Assembly: GCA_964595455.1 (NCBI GenBank)
Contig: CAZQQL010000004.1
Location: 1 to 60,354 of the forward strand
Reading direction: 5' to 3'
Length of the DNA stretch: 60,354 nucleotides
Source: an uncultured Dehalococcoidaceae bacterium
GTDB lineage: Bacteria; Chloroflexota; Dehalococcoidia; Dehalococcoidales; RBG-16-60-22
Both the position numbers and the translations under genes were made by a program. Shown in pieces: positions 8,507-18,467 of the stretch (position 1 is its first letter; the number at the start of each line of letters is the position of its first letter). The notes beneath the pieces were generated by a model, which did not search any database, was not told where the DNA came from, and was given only the letters and a program-made list of their open reading frames with translations.

Positions 8507-10219
8507 TTATCGCCACTTGTCCACGGAAGCGCTGCCCGCGTACCCGTATTCAGATGCCTTCCACAACGGGCTTGTCCCGCCGCCGACAACCACCAGGTTG
8601 ATGTTTTCCGGATTGGTGAACGGGGCGAACAGGGCATCCTCCGGCAGAGACTTCCAGGTAGCGAACGGTTCCACACCTTTAGCCGCCTGCGAGGAGAGCA
8701 GCATGTCGATGTGGTCCGTCTTCCAGTAATCGCCGGCCTTTATCCTGATGTTTTCGGAGAGGTGCTTGCAGTAGTCCAGTTTTGTGGTGAACCCTTCGTT
8801 ATCATGGAGGTTTGCGGCGATGAGGGGGTCGATCACGATGGTCGCCCGAGAGCCCAGCGGCGGGATGGCGGCATACTGGCGGCTCAATTCCTCGTGCAGC
8901 GGCCGGTTGGCCGCGCAGCCGATGCTGTTGACCACGGCCCACCCTCTGAAGATGCTGACGGCGCTCTCCTCCGGCTTGAACCCTTTGTCCACGTGGAACG
9001 GAGCCCAGGGGCTTCTCTCTTCATTCTCCGCTACGCACATATTGTTGTAGAGTTCCGTGCAGCCCTGGGAACTCCAGATAGTCCGCTTGATATTGGCGCA
9101 GCCCCAGCTCATGCTCATCAGAGTCCAGGCCCGGCCGATAACCGAGTTCGCCTGGTTGATCGGGCTGAACGCGGCGATACCGGAGTTCATCTTGAGTTCG
9201 TGCCGCACCGGCCCGTTGACGAGCAGCATATTGCCGAACGCGGTGGTCGAAGGGGCGATGGATGACTGCCGCATCGAGGCGATGGCCAGGATGACGGGGA
9301 ACCAGGACGGCTTCGCGCCTGCCATGACGGCAACGACGGCGATGTCCCGTACCGTGTACTTGATCATTTCATGGTGGTCATGGTCGTACACCTGCCCGAC
9401 TTCCTCATCGGGAGCATGGCTCGTTCCCTCGAGCATCTTCGCAACGCGTTCTTCAGTCGGCAGGATGATCGGGTTCCCGTCCGTCCAGCCCCGGTCATAG
9501 AAAAGCTGCTGTAATTCTTCCTCCGTGCCGGACAGGCTCGCTTCGCGCGGTCCCCGGGTGTCGATGGGCGCGGGCTGAGGCTTCTTCTTTTCCTGGTGTT
9601 GGGTCAGGACTTCGATGATCTCGTCGATGACCTGCCGGCCCGTCTCGGGGTCGTTGCCCTCGAGGAGTTTTTTATAGAGTGTCTCGGGAGACGCTCCGAT
9701 GACCGGGGTCGGGGTATAGATGATGGGCAGGACGGTGGCCCTGGGGTAGTTCTTGACAACGGCTTCCATGGTATGCGCGGAAATGGGGGCTACGGGAATT
9801 CCGTAGTTCTGTTCCAGGTTGACGGCTCCTCCAGCAACTACTGAAACGCAGCCCGGTCAGCCGGCTACCCCGAGGATGACGGCGTCACCCTTCTGTTTGA
9901 CTTCTTCCCAGAGTTCGTTGTTGTCATCGGAAAAAACGTGGCCGGGCTTGCGCCTGAGGACCGTCTTGACGGACGGCATGTGGTCGGCGAACCATCTTTG
10001 CGTTTCCTGCAGGAAGCTGTATCCGCCGCCGAACCCGATATCCACCAGGTAGACCGTCTTGTTTTCCAGGGTGTCCGGGCGCTCGGCCAGGTTCACGGAA
10101 GAAGGTTCGAAGGCAAAAGTGCCGGCGGCTGCGGGGAACCCGGGAGGCGGCTGGTCCGGCGCCAGTTTCTGCCGGTCGGTTTCGGGACTCAATACGGTGA
10201 TTTTCTGCGCTGCTGTCAT
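8507..10219 (-). CDS. Putative selenoprotein (~570 aa): UGSC-family thioredoxin-like domain with a U-P-G-C motif fused to its usual partner domain; TGA at 9859-9857 read as Sec
   Basis: ORF 9857-10219 ends VILGVAG-TGA. The next 29 codons are open and in frame (PGCVSVVAGGAVNLEQNYGIPVAPISAHT) and run directly into ORF 8507-9769. This creates a UxxC redox motif, and a SECIS-like hairpin follows the UGA. Confidence 0.88.
9814..9856 (-). promoter_or_regulatory. Candidate bacterial SECIS element
   Basis: Immediately 3' of the UGA: upper stem UUCAGU/GCUGGA with apical loop AGUU, whose G lies 19 nt after the UGA. A lower GGCU/AGCC pairing is possible. Confidence 0.65.
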
Positions 10220-10534
10220 ACGTATTCCCCCTCGTTAATATTCTGAGCGATAGTCATCCGTTTTTCGGGCTATTAAAGCATACTCTGTACGGTTTGTTTC
10301 TGCAACGTATATCCGGCTCTCCGGATATGGAACAGCATAACCGGCGACCGGCATGCCCACCGGGAATTGTCTCTCCGAAGGGCTAACTTATGACCGGCCG
10401 CGGCGTTATATAAGTGGGTTACTATACGACGGATGTATACCTCCGGCATGCCCGGCATTACTGGACGGAGCATGGTATATCGGTTATGATAAACGTGTGT
10501 ACGCATTTAACAGGGGTGTAACGCAGGGCCGGTT

Positions 10535-13093
10535 ATGAGAAAACGCAGGACAACCGCGGTACTCATCGCGCTGGTATTTGTTGCCGCTCTGGCGATGCCG
10601 TTCGCCGGCTTGACCGGCCCGGCTTCGGCCGGTGACGATTATGAGATCGATACCGCCATCGAGGCTGGTTTCGGTGGCATGGTGCGAGCGGGGAGCTGGG
10701 TACCCTTGACAGTCGATATGGAGAACCGGGGGCGTGATTTCGATGGTGAACTCAGGGTCGATGGCAATTACAACCAGATGGGGTTCACCGACCAGAGCCT
10801 CTATATCGCGGATGTCGTCCTTCCACAGGGAAGTCATAAGCGGATCACCCTCTACATTCCGTTACTTTCGGCCGTGCCCCGTATCGAGGTCGAACTCGTG
10901 TCCGGCGGCAAGACGGTGGATACTTTCGAGGAGGGAGTCAGCATCGTCGGCGAGCAGGACCTGTTCGTCGGCGTCATCGGGCAAAAACTGTCGGCCTGGA
11001 ACATCCTTTCCACCCTGCCCCTCCCCATACAGGGCAGCCGGGTGGAAGTAGCGCTCATCGACCCCGCCGAGTTCCCGGAACGCACTGAAGTGCTAGAAGC
11101 GTTCGATATCATCGCCCTGGGAGATGTCCCCGCTCAGTCGCTATCTTCAGCCGCGCTGGAAGCACTGGAAGGGTGGACGGCCGGCGGCGGCACCCTGGTA
11201 CTGCCAGGCGGCGCTGTTGGCAAGACAAATCTGAAAGGCCTGCCGGAAGCGCTTCTTCCCGTTACTCCCGGCGATCCGTTCCAATTGAGCAGCGTCGCCG
11301 CCCTGGAAGAACTGGGGAACGAGGCTATTACCGCCACTCTGCTCCCGACCGTTACCGGCAACGTCGTCACTGCCGGTCGAGTCCTCGTGCAGGAAGGCGA
11401 TGTACCCCTGGCCGTGCTGGGCGACTACGGCAACGGTCGTGTGCTGTTCCTCGCCTTCGATCCCGCGGCGCAGCCCCTGGCCGGCTGGGCCGGCATGACC
11501 AGCCTCTGGGAGGCTCTACTGTTCCAGACCCTGCCGCCGTCATACTTTTCGTCCTTTCAATACATAAGCGTGGGCCCGATGGGTATTTCCGATCAGTGGC
11601 TTTACAACCTTTACAATGCGGTCTCTTACCTCCCCTCGCTGGAAATCCCGTCCGTCAACCTGCTTATCGGCCTTATTGCCGGCTATATCCTCCTGGTCGG
11701 CCCCGGCAGCTACTTCCTGCTGCGCAAACTGAAACGTCCGGGGCTCGCCTGGGTGACCATCCCCGTCCTGGTGCTGGTGTTTTCCAGCGGCGCCTTCCTG
11801 CTGGCAATGCAATCCAAGGGCAATGATGTCCAGGTCAGCACCGCTGCCATCGTGGAGAGAATGCCCGATACGGACTGGGCGCGGGTACGCCGTATGGCAG
11901 GCGTGTTTTCCCCCTCCGAAGCTGATTACAGCGTCGGGATATCCGGAGATTCACTCGTCGGTTCATGGAATGCCAACTGGGGCGGCTCCACCGCCTCCGA
12001 TGCCTCAACCACCATACGCAACCGGGCGGAAGGCAGTGAGGCGGTCATGTCCGGCATGGGGATGTGGACATCGCGGAGCCTCTGGATGGACGGCATGGAG
12101 CGATTGGAAAACGGACTTGACCAGGACCTCTACGTAGAAGGTGACCGGCTCAAAGGGACGGTCAGAAATGCCGGTAACGGACCTCTGGGTGAAGTATGGC
12201 TCATCACCGGCAGTAATGCGCAGGAACTGGGCGAACTAGGCCCGGGCGAAGCCGCGACCGTGGACGTACCATTGACCGACAACACCGCGGGGTTGTCATT
12301 TGTGAACGCACAGGCGATATTCAATACGAACCCCCCGCAGGGCGATACGGATGAATGGCGGCAATGGCAGCAGCGTCAGCAAGTGCTGCAGGCAGCCATG
12401 AATAACCAGGTCACGGACGTTCCTGCCGGCGTATGCGCCTACCTGGTATACTGGACGGACGCAAGCCTCCTGGAGATAACCGTTGACAAAAAGTATCCCA
12501 TCGAGTACTCCATGACGGTGTTCATAGAGCCGGTGAAGCCGGAAGTCCGGGGGACATTTGCCCTGCCGGGCGGGATTCTGACCGGCAACATCGAGCGCAT
12601 TGATGCTAAAGTGGAAGGACCGGCGCCCGGCATGATGGTAATACGTGAGGGAGAAATTATCTACCGGTTTGACGTCCCCGCTATGAGTAGTGTCGACAAC
12701 CTGACCGTCCAGTGGCCGCTGTCCAGCGGTCCTGCCGGGACCCAGGGCATCGAGGTCCTCGCGTATAACTGGACGGATAACATTTGGGATAAGCTCGAGC
12801 TTGGTACGGCAAATCTGCCGATGGTAACGAGCGTACCGGGCGGCGGAATAGCAGTTCCGGTCCCCGCCCCGAAATCCACAATAATCAGGAGTTCCGGCGG
12901 AGTCGTCACGTACGTTGGTCCCTCTTACGCCGGGTATAGTAACGACGTATTGGAAGCAAAATTGCCGGATCAAGCTATCCCGGCGGACTATGTGTCAGGT
13001 TCGGGTACGGTCCGTATCAGGCTCGTGCTAAACACCGGAACCAGTCTCCAGACCGGGGTGCCTTCATTGGCACTCCAGGGAGTGGCCGAATGA
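10535..13093 (+). CDS. Large exported/membrane-anchored protein with a GATase-1-like domain (first gene of the ABC-MoxR-vWA operon)
   Basis: Signal peptide, the DIIALGDVPAQSLS..ALEALEGWTAGGGTLVLPGG GATase-like segment, and two central TM helices. Confidence 0.8.
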   Translation: MRKRRTTAVLIALVFVAALAMPFAGLTGPASAGDDYEIDTAIEAGFGGMVRAGSWVPLTVDMENRGRDFDGELRVDGNYNQMGFTDQSLYIADVVLPQGSHKRITLYIPLLSAVPRIEVELVSGGKTVDTFEEGVSIVGEQDLFVGVIGQKLSAWNILSTLPLPIQGSRVEVALIDPAEFPERTEVLEAFDIIALGDVPAQSLSSAALEALEGWTAGGGTLVLPGGAVGKTNLKGLPEALLPVTPGDPFQLSSVAALEELGNEAITATLLPTVTGNVVTAGRVLVQEGDVPLAVLGDYGNGRVLFLAFDPAAQPLAGWAGMTSLWEALLFQTLPPSYFSSFQYISVGPMGISDQWLYNLYNAVSYLPSLEIPSVNLLIGLIAGYILLVGPGSYFLLRKLKRPGLAWVTIPVLVLVFSSGAFLLAMQSKGNDVQVSTAAIVERMPDTDWARVRRMAGVFSPSEADYSVGISGDSLVGSWNANWGGSTASDASTTIRNRAEGSEAVMSGMGMWTSRSLWMDGMERLENGLDQDLYVEGDRLKGTVRNAGNGPLGEVWLITGSNAQELGELGPGEAATVDVPLTDNTAGLSFVNAQAIFNTNPPQGDTDEWRQWQQRQQVLQAAMNNQVTDVPAGVCAYLVYWTDASLLEITVDKKYPIEYSMTVFIEPVKPEVRGTFALPGGILTGNIERIDAKVEGPAPGMMVIREGEIIYRFDVPAMSSVDNLTVQWPLSSGPAGTQGIEVLAYNWTDNIWDKLELGTANLPMVTSVPGGGIAVPVPAPKSTIIRSSGGVVTYVGPSYAGYSNDVLEAKLPDQAIPADYVSGSGTVRIRLVLNTGTSLQTGVPSLALQGVAE

Positions 13094-14034
13094 CCAGCGA
13101 GAACGCCATTGTCGTCGATTCCCTGGTAAAGGATTTCCGGAAGTTTACCGCCCTGGACGGGGTCAGCTTTACGATCCCGCGCGGCAGCATCTACGGCTTC
13201 CTGGGACCGAACGGGGCAGGCAAGACCACCACGCTGCGGATCCTCGCCACGCTCCTGCTGCCCACCCGGGGCAGCGCCTGGGTGGCGGGCGAGGACGTCG
13301 TCTACCAGCCGCAGAAGGCCCGGGCGCATTTCGGGTACATGCCGGACTTCTTCGGCGTTTACGACGACCTGACCGTCAGGGAATACCTGGAGTTTTACGC
13401 CCAGGCCCACGGTGTACCGAGACAGCAGTGGCGGAAGACTACCGACGACCTGCTGGAACTGGTAGACCTGGGGCACAAACGGGATGAATTCGTAGAGACG
13501 CTCTCCCGGGGGATGAAGCAGCGACTGGGGCTGGCGCGGTGCCTGGTGCACGACCCGGACGTGCTGCTCCTGGACGAACCGGCATCCGGCCTCGACCCTC
13601 GGGCGCGCGTCGAGATGCGCGAGATCCTCAAGGAAATCTCCCGCATGAAGAAGACCGTACTGATCAGTTCCCACATCCTCCCGGAACTCGCCGACCTTTC
13701 CACGGAAGTCGGCATCATCCACCGGGGGCGGATGGTGGCTTCTGGCCCCGTTGACAGTATTATTTCCCGCCTCGGGGCGAACCGTGTACTGGAAGTCCGC
13801 GTCCTGGACGGGGCGGAAATCGCCGCCCGGGCGCTGGAAGCGCAGCCCGGCATCAGCCATGTGGAGCCGCTCGACGAGGAAAACTTGGTCCGCGCCGCGT
13901 TCACCGGTGAAACTGAAGGCCAGGCCGCCATTCTGAAAGCCCTTCACGAAGCGGGTGTTCCGGTCGTCAGCTTTACCGCTGTCGGAGGGCTGGAAGAACT
14001 CTTCATGACATTGACCGAGGAGGGCGGGGAGTGA
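13090..14034 (+). CDS. ABC transporter ATP-binding protein
   Basis: Walker A GPNGAGKT, signature LSRGM and Walker B LLLDEP. ATGA overlap with the previous gene. Confidence 0.95.
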   Translation: MTSENAIVVDSLVKDFRKFTALDGVSFTIPRGSIYGFLGPNGAGKTTTLRILATLLLPTRGSAWVAGEDVVYQPQKARAHFGYMPDFFGVYDDLTVREYLEFYAQAHGVPRQQWRKTTDDLLELVDLGHKRDEFVETLSRGMKQRLGLARCLVHDPDVLLLDEPASGLDPRARVEMREILKEISRMKKTVLISSHILPELADLSTEVGIIHRGRMVASGPVDSIISRLGANRVLEVRVLDGAEIAARALEAQPGISHVEPLDEENLVRAAFTGETEGQAAILKALHEAGVPVVSFTAVGGLEELFMTLTEEGGE

Positions 14035-14936
14035 AAGAAACGATCATCCGCAACATGGCGGTCCTCTTCAAGGAACTGCGGACCCGGATGCGGGGACGCC
14101 GTGCCGTCATCACGATCACCGTGTATCTGCTGCTCATCGCCGGCATTGGAGCGATCCTGCTCTATATCGAACAGCAGCAGTTCCAGTACGGTTACAACGC
14201 TTCGCGGGCCGCCGCCATCGGCGCCCAGTTATTCACCGTGCTCGCCATTTTTCAGGGCTTCCTCGTGGTCTTCATGGTCCCCGGCCTGACCGGGGCGGCC
14301 ATTGCCGGGGAGCGTGACCGGCAGACACTGGACCTGTTGCTCGGTACCCAGGTGCCCTCTCTCTGGATCGTCCTGGGCAAGGTATTGTCTTCGTTGTCTT
14401 ATGTATTCATGCTGCTGGTGGCGGCATTACCGATTTTCAGTCTCGCCTTCCTCTTCGGCGGCGTATCGCCGAGACAACTGGGACTGGCATTCCTGATATC
14501 GCTGGCTTCCGCACTGATGCTGGGAACGCTCGGCGTCTTCCTCTCGGTGGCGATACGGCGGGGACAGATAGCCACCGTCTTGGCATATTCCGTCACCTTC
14601 CTGCTGCTCATCGGGACGATCATCGCCGCGGCGGTCATCGGCTCCACGATGAACAACCAGACCAACATGACCCCTGTCATGATCCCTCTGATATTCAATC
14701 CGCTGGCATCGCTGGCCTCGACCCTGCCGGACATTATCCCTTCACAACTCCAGTATATCGGCGGGACGGTCAATAACCCCGGGAGCGGCATGCCGTTGTG
14801 GCAGGCAAACCTCATCGCGGACGCCTTCCTGGTGGCGCTGTTCCTCTTCCTGGCGGCCAGGATGCTCCGTCCCGGACGTTCCCGCCTCCTGCGCGGCCGG
14901 AACCAGGTTGCTCCGCGTGCTGAGGCGTCCACATGA
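14031..14936 (+). CDS. ABC-2 type permease
   Basis: KELRTRMR, IAGERDRQTLDLLLGT and ~6 TM segments. Confidence 0.9.
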   Translation: MKETIIRNMAVLFKELRTRMRGRRAVITITVYLLLIAGIGAILLYIEQQQFQYGYNASRAAAIGAQLFTVLAIFQGFLVVFMVPGLTGAAIAGERDRQTLDLLLGTQVPSLWIVLGKVLSSLSYVFMLLVAALPIFSLAFLFGGVSPRQLGLAFLISLASALMLGTLGVFLSVAIRRGQIATVLAYSVTFLLLIGTIIAAAVIGSTMNNQTNMTPVMIPLIFNPLASLASTLPDIIPSQLQYIGGTVNNPGSGMPLWQANLIADAFLVALFLFLAARMLRPGRSRLLRGRNQVAPRAEAST

Positions 14937-16507
14937 AGCTTTCCCGCGATGCCCGCCGTCTCGCTAATGTGATCGGCCCCTGGCGGCAGCGGCTCATATG
15001 GCGGCGGGGCCTGGTCTGGGCGCTGCGCGGCCTGGCGGGAGGCACCGCCCTGGCTGTCATCCTGCTCGCGGTCTCGTGGTTCTTGCCCTGGGAGGGAGCG
15101 CTGCTCTGGTCTGGAATTTCCCTGGCAGCCGGGCTGGTAGGCGGGCTTATCTACGGGCTGGCGCTCCGGCCATCCATCATGGATTCGGCCATACACGCCG
15201 ATCGCCTCACCGGCCTTGCGGACCGTTTGTCCACCGCCTGGGAACTCCGGGATGCTGAGACGCCCATCGCCGGCCTCCAGCGCGAGAACGCCATTAGTTC
15301 CGTAAAAAACAAACGCCCGTCCGACTTTATTTCACTGCTGCCGCGCGGTAAGGCTTTCCTGCCGTGGCTGGCCTGCCTGGTCGTGGCCGCTCTCCTGGCG
15401 ACCCTGCCCAATCCGATGGATAGGGTCATCCAAGAGCGGCAGGAGTTCCAGACCCAGGTTGAAAAAGCCCTGGAGGAAGTGGCCGAAGCCGAAGAGGAAC
15501 TCACCGGCCCCGATTCACCCCTGACCGAGGAACAACTGGCCGCGCTGCAGGAAGCCCTGGAAAAGCTCAAGGAAGCGCTGGAACAGGCCGAGACCGCCCC
15601 GGAAGCCCTCAAAGCCCTCTCCGAAGCCGAGGACACCCTGAAGCTGCTGGAACAGCAGACCGCCCAGGCGGAGGCGCTGCAGGACATCGGGGACGCCCTG
15701 GCCGGTCTGCCGTTCACACAGGAACTCGGGCAGGCCCTGGCATCGGGCGATGAAGCCGCGCTGAGTGAAGCTTCGAGCGCCCTCGCGGAACAGTTGGGCT
15801 CCATGACGCCGGAGGAACTGCAGGAACTTTCTTCCGCCCTCCAGCAGGCAGCCAACGCGGCCGCTTCCCGGAATGAGGACATCGCCGGGGCGCTGCGGGA
15901 AGCCGCTAAAGCAATAGCTTCCGGGAACACCGGAGAGGGCGCCGCAGCCCTTTCCGACCTGGAAGGAGCACTGGCGGCGCTCCAGGACAGCGCCGCATCA
16001 CAGACTGCGCTGGAACAGGCGCTGGCAAGTTTGAAGGACGCCCGTTCCTTTGTCAGCGGCATCGCCGCCCAGCCGGGACAAGGTTCCGGGGAAGGTTCCG
16101 GCAGCGGCTCAGGGGAAGGCTCGGGTGAAGGGTCCGGCTCCGGCTCCGGTTCCGGACAGGGTTCCGGGAGCGGTTCGGGACAGGGCTCCGGGACCGGAAC
16201 GGGGACCGGCTCGGGCGGTGGTCAGGGCGGCGGCGGCGCCGGAAACCAGCCGGGCTCACAGCAAGGTGATGAGACCGGGAGGCTGACCACCGGCGGAGAA
16301 ACCGTGTTCGTCCCCGGCACGGGGCCTGACGACCCCGCCGAGGTCCAGACCGGTCCGGGCAGCGGCGCCATTCCCGGCGTGCTGCGGCCGTATACGGAAG
16401 TGATCGGCGACTACGCTGACCAGGCCGCCGAACACATGGAGCGCAACCCTCTCCCGGCGGGGTACGAGGACATCGTGCGCCGCTATTTCTCGGAACTGGA
16501 GGAATGA
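14933..16507 (+). CDS. Membrane-anchored coiled-coil protein with a Gly/Ser-rich tail
   Basis: N-terminal TMs, ADRLSTAWEL, a long A/E/L/Q heptad region, GSG repeats and a C-terminal IPxGYEDIVRRYF-type motif. Confidence 0.8.
   Translation: MKLSRDARRLANVIGPWRQRLIWRRGLVWALRGLAGGTALAVILLAVSWFLPWEGALLWSGISLAAGLVGGLIYGLALRPSIMDSAIHADRLTGLADRLSTAWELRDAETPIAGLQRENAISSVKNKRPSDFISLLPRGKAFLPWLACLVVAALLATLPNPMDRVIQERQEFQTQVEKALEEVAEAEEELTGPDSPLTEEQLAALQEALEKLKEALEQAETAPEALKALSEAEDTLKLLEQQTAQAEALQDIGDALAGLPFTQELGQALASGDEAALSEASSALAEQLGSMTPEELQELSSALQQAANAAASRNEDIAGALREAAKAIASGNTGEGAAALSDLEGALAALQDSAASQTALEQALASLKDARSFVSGIAAQPGQGSGEGSGSGSGEGSGEGSGSGSGSGQGSGSGSGQGSGTGTGTGSGGGQGGGGAGNQPGSQQGDETGRLTTGGETVFVPGTGPDDPAEVQTGPGSGAIPGVLRPYTEVIGDYADQAAEHMERNPLPAGYEDIVRRYFSELEE
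16075..16245 (+). repeat. Intragenic low-complexity repeat encoding (GSGE/GSGQ/GS/GT)n
   Basis: Repeated GGTTCCGG/GGCTCCGG units encode GQGSGEGSGSGSGEGSGEGSGSGSGSGQG... Confidence 0.85.
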
Positions 16508-17526
16508 ATTTGAACACCGACCGAACGGCCAACCGCGCCATTGAGGAACAGGACATCGCCGCCTTCATCGAGACGTCCCGCAGTATCGAGGAAGAGATCG
16601 GCAAGGTGGTGGTCGGGCAGCGGCAGGTCGTCCGGGAGACCGTTATTGCGCTGCTCTCCGGCGGGCATGTCCTGCTGGAAGGCGTCCCCGGCCTCGGCAA
16701 GACGCTGCTGGTCAGGACGCTGGGAGAAGCGCTGACACTTTCGTTTTCCCGCATCCAGTTCACACCGGACCTGATGCCGGCTGACATCGTCGGCACCAAC
16801 GTTGTCATGGAGGACGAGCAGGGCCGCCGAGGTCTCCGTTTCCAGGCCGGACCGGTCTTCGCCAACCTGGTGCTGGCGGACGAGATCAATCGCGCTACAC
16901 CCAAGACCCAGTCCGCCCTGCTGGAAGCGATGCAGGAGCGCACGGTCACCGTCGGGGACGCCACGCGACCGCTGCCCCATCCGTTCTTCGTCCTGGCGAC
17001 ACAGAACCCGCTGGAGATGGAAGGCACCTACCCGCTCCCCGAGGCTCAGCTCGACCGCTTCTTTTTCAAAGTAAATGTCCCCTTCCCCGACCGCGAAAAC
17101 CTGGGCCAGATATTACAGCGCACCATTGCCTATGAACCCGGCCACGCCGGCGCCGTCGCGGACGGCCCGTCATTAGAGAAGATGATTCGCCTGGCCCGTG
17201 AAGTCCCCGTTGCCTCGCACATCCATGAATACGCCGTTTCACTTGTCCTGGCGACCCATCCGGAACGGGAAGAGGCTGCCCCTCAGGTCAAGAAATACGT
17301 CCGCTACGGGGCCAGTCCCCGGGGACTGCAGAGCCTCGTCATTGCCGGGCAGGTGCGGGCGCTGCTCGAAGGCCGCTACAATCTCTCCGCGGACGACCTC
17401 CAGGCCGTGGCATACCCGGCCCTGCGACACCGGCTTATCCTGAACTTCGAAGCCCAAGCCGAGGGACTTACCGCGGACCGGGTCATCGATACCGTCCTCG
17501 AAGCGACCGGGCCAAAAAAGGCGTAA
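16504..17526 (+). CDS. MoxR family AAA+ ATPase
   Basis: [46 protein letters not shown] and [13 protein letters not shown]. Confidence 0.97.
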   Translation: MNLNTDRTANRAIEEQDIAAFIETSRSIEEEIGKVVVGQRQVVRETVIALLSGGHVLLEGVPGLGKTLLVRTLGEALTLSFSRIQFTPDLMPADIVGTNVVMEDEQGRRGLRFQAGPVFANLVLADEINRATPKTQSALLEAMQERTVTVGDATRPLPHPFFVLATQNPLEMEGTYPLPEAQLDRFFFKVNVPFPDRENLGQILQRTIAYEPGHAGAVADGPSLEKMIRLAREVPVASHIHEYAVSLVLATHPEREEAAPQVKKYVRYGASPRGLQSLVIAGQVRALLEGRYNLSADDLQAVAYPALRHRLILNFEAQAEGLTADRVIDTVLEATGPKKA

Positions 17527-17570
17527 CGATAACCCGGTGCAGATGGGCCGGGTCGGTAGTAGAACATACA

Positions 17571-18458
17571 ATGGCAGAAACGACGACACTCTTTACCCCT
17601 GAATTTCTCCGCATGCTGGACGCCCTCTCCCTGGCTACCCGGCAGAGCCTGCCCGGCTCCGGGGCCGGGCCGAGAAGGGCGCCCCGGCTGGGAACCTCCG
17701 TGGAGTTCTCCGATTTCCGGAGCTATGCTCCCGGGGACGATTACCGGCGCATCGACTGGAACGCCTACGCCCGCCTGGAACGCCTCTTCCTGCGGCTCTA
17801 CCGCGCGGAAGAGAACCTCAACATCCTGCTGCTGCTGGATACCTCCCGCTCCATGGCCTGGGGCGACCCGGCGAAGATACACCTGGCCCGGCAGATCGCC
17901 GGGGCGCTGGCCTACATCGGCCTCTCCCACGATGACCGCGCCGGCGCGGGTGCACTGGGCGAAACGCTCGGCACGTACCTGGCTCCGCTGGGCAACCGGG
18001 CGAACGTCTGGCAGGTATGGGATTTCCTGGAGTCCCTGGAATGCAGGGGCAGCACCGACCTGGGCAGAGCGCTGGCCTCGCTGCGGAAGGTGCGCCCGGC
18101 GCCGGGCCTCTCCGTCGTCCTGACCGACCTGCTGACCGAGACCGACTGGCGACGCGGGCTGCTGGCCCTGCTCGGGCTCCGGCAGGAAGTCGTGCTGGTG
18201 CAGATACTGGCCCCGGATGAACTCGATCCCGGCTTCTCCGGGGACTGGCAGCTCGTGGACGACGAAGACGGGAAGCCGCTGGACGTCACGGTCACACCGC
18301 GGGCCGTTAAAATGTACCGGGAGCGCCTGGATGCTTACGTCCTTGAAGTGGCGGAGTTCTGCCACCGGCACAGTATCACCTTCATGCAGTTTCCCTGCAC
18401 TATTTCCATCGAGGACGCCGTCCTGCGCCTGCTCCGGCGGACACAGGAAGGCGTTTAG
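17571..18458 (+). CDS. DUF58 domain protein (vWA-like MoxR partner)
   Basis: EFSDFRSYAPGDDYRRIDWNAYAR and LLDTSRSM. Confidence 0.93.
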   Translation: MAETTTLFTPEFLRMLDALSLATRQSLPGSGAGPRRAPRLGTSVEFSDFRSYAPGDDYRRIDWNAYARLERLFLRLYRAEENLNILLLLDTSRSMAWGDPAKIHLARQIAGALAYIGLSHDDRAGAGALGETLGTYLAPLGNRANVWQVWDFLESLECRGSTDLGRALASLRKVRPAPGLSVVLTDLLTETDWRRGLLALLGLRQEVVLVQILAPDELDPGFSGDWQLVDDEDGKPLDVTVTPRAVKMYRERLDAYVLEVAEFCHRHSITFMQFPCTISIEDAVLRLLRRTQEGV

Positions 18459-18467
18459 CAAGCCGGC

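Noticed and set aside
8507-9769. Treating ORFs 8507-9769 and 9857-10219 as two genes or as a nonsense-mutated pseudogene
   Set aside because: The TGA falls exactly in a UxxC position, the linker is open and domain-like, a SECIS-like hairpin follows, and ATG 9769 has no RBS.
16053-17027. Long antisense ORFs over both MoxR genes (16053-17027 and 47134-47736) that resemble each other
   Set aside because: Their similarity is only the reverse-strand shadow of two paralogous MoxR sequences. Long shadow ORFs are expected in GC-rich DNA.
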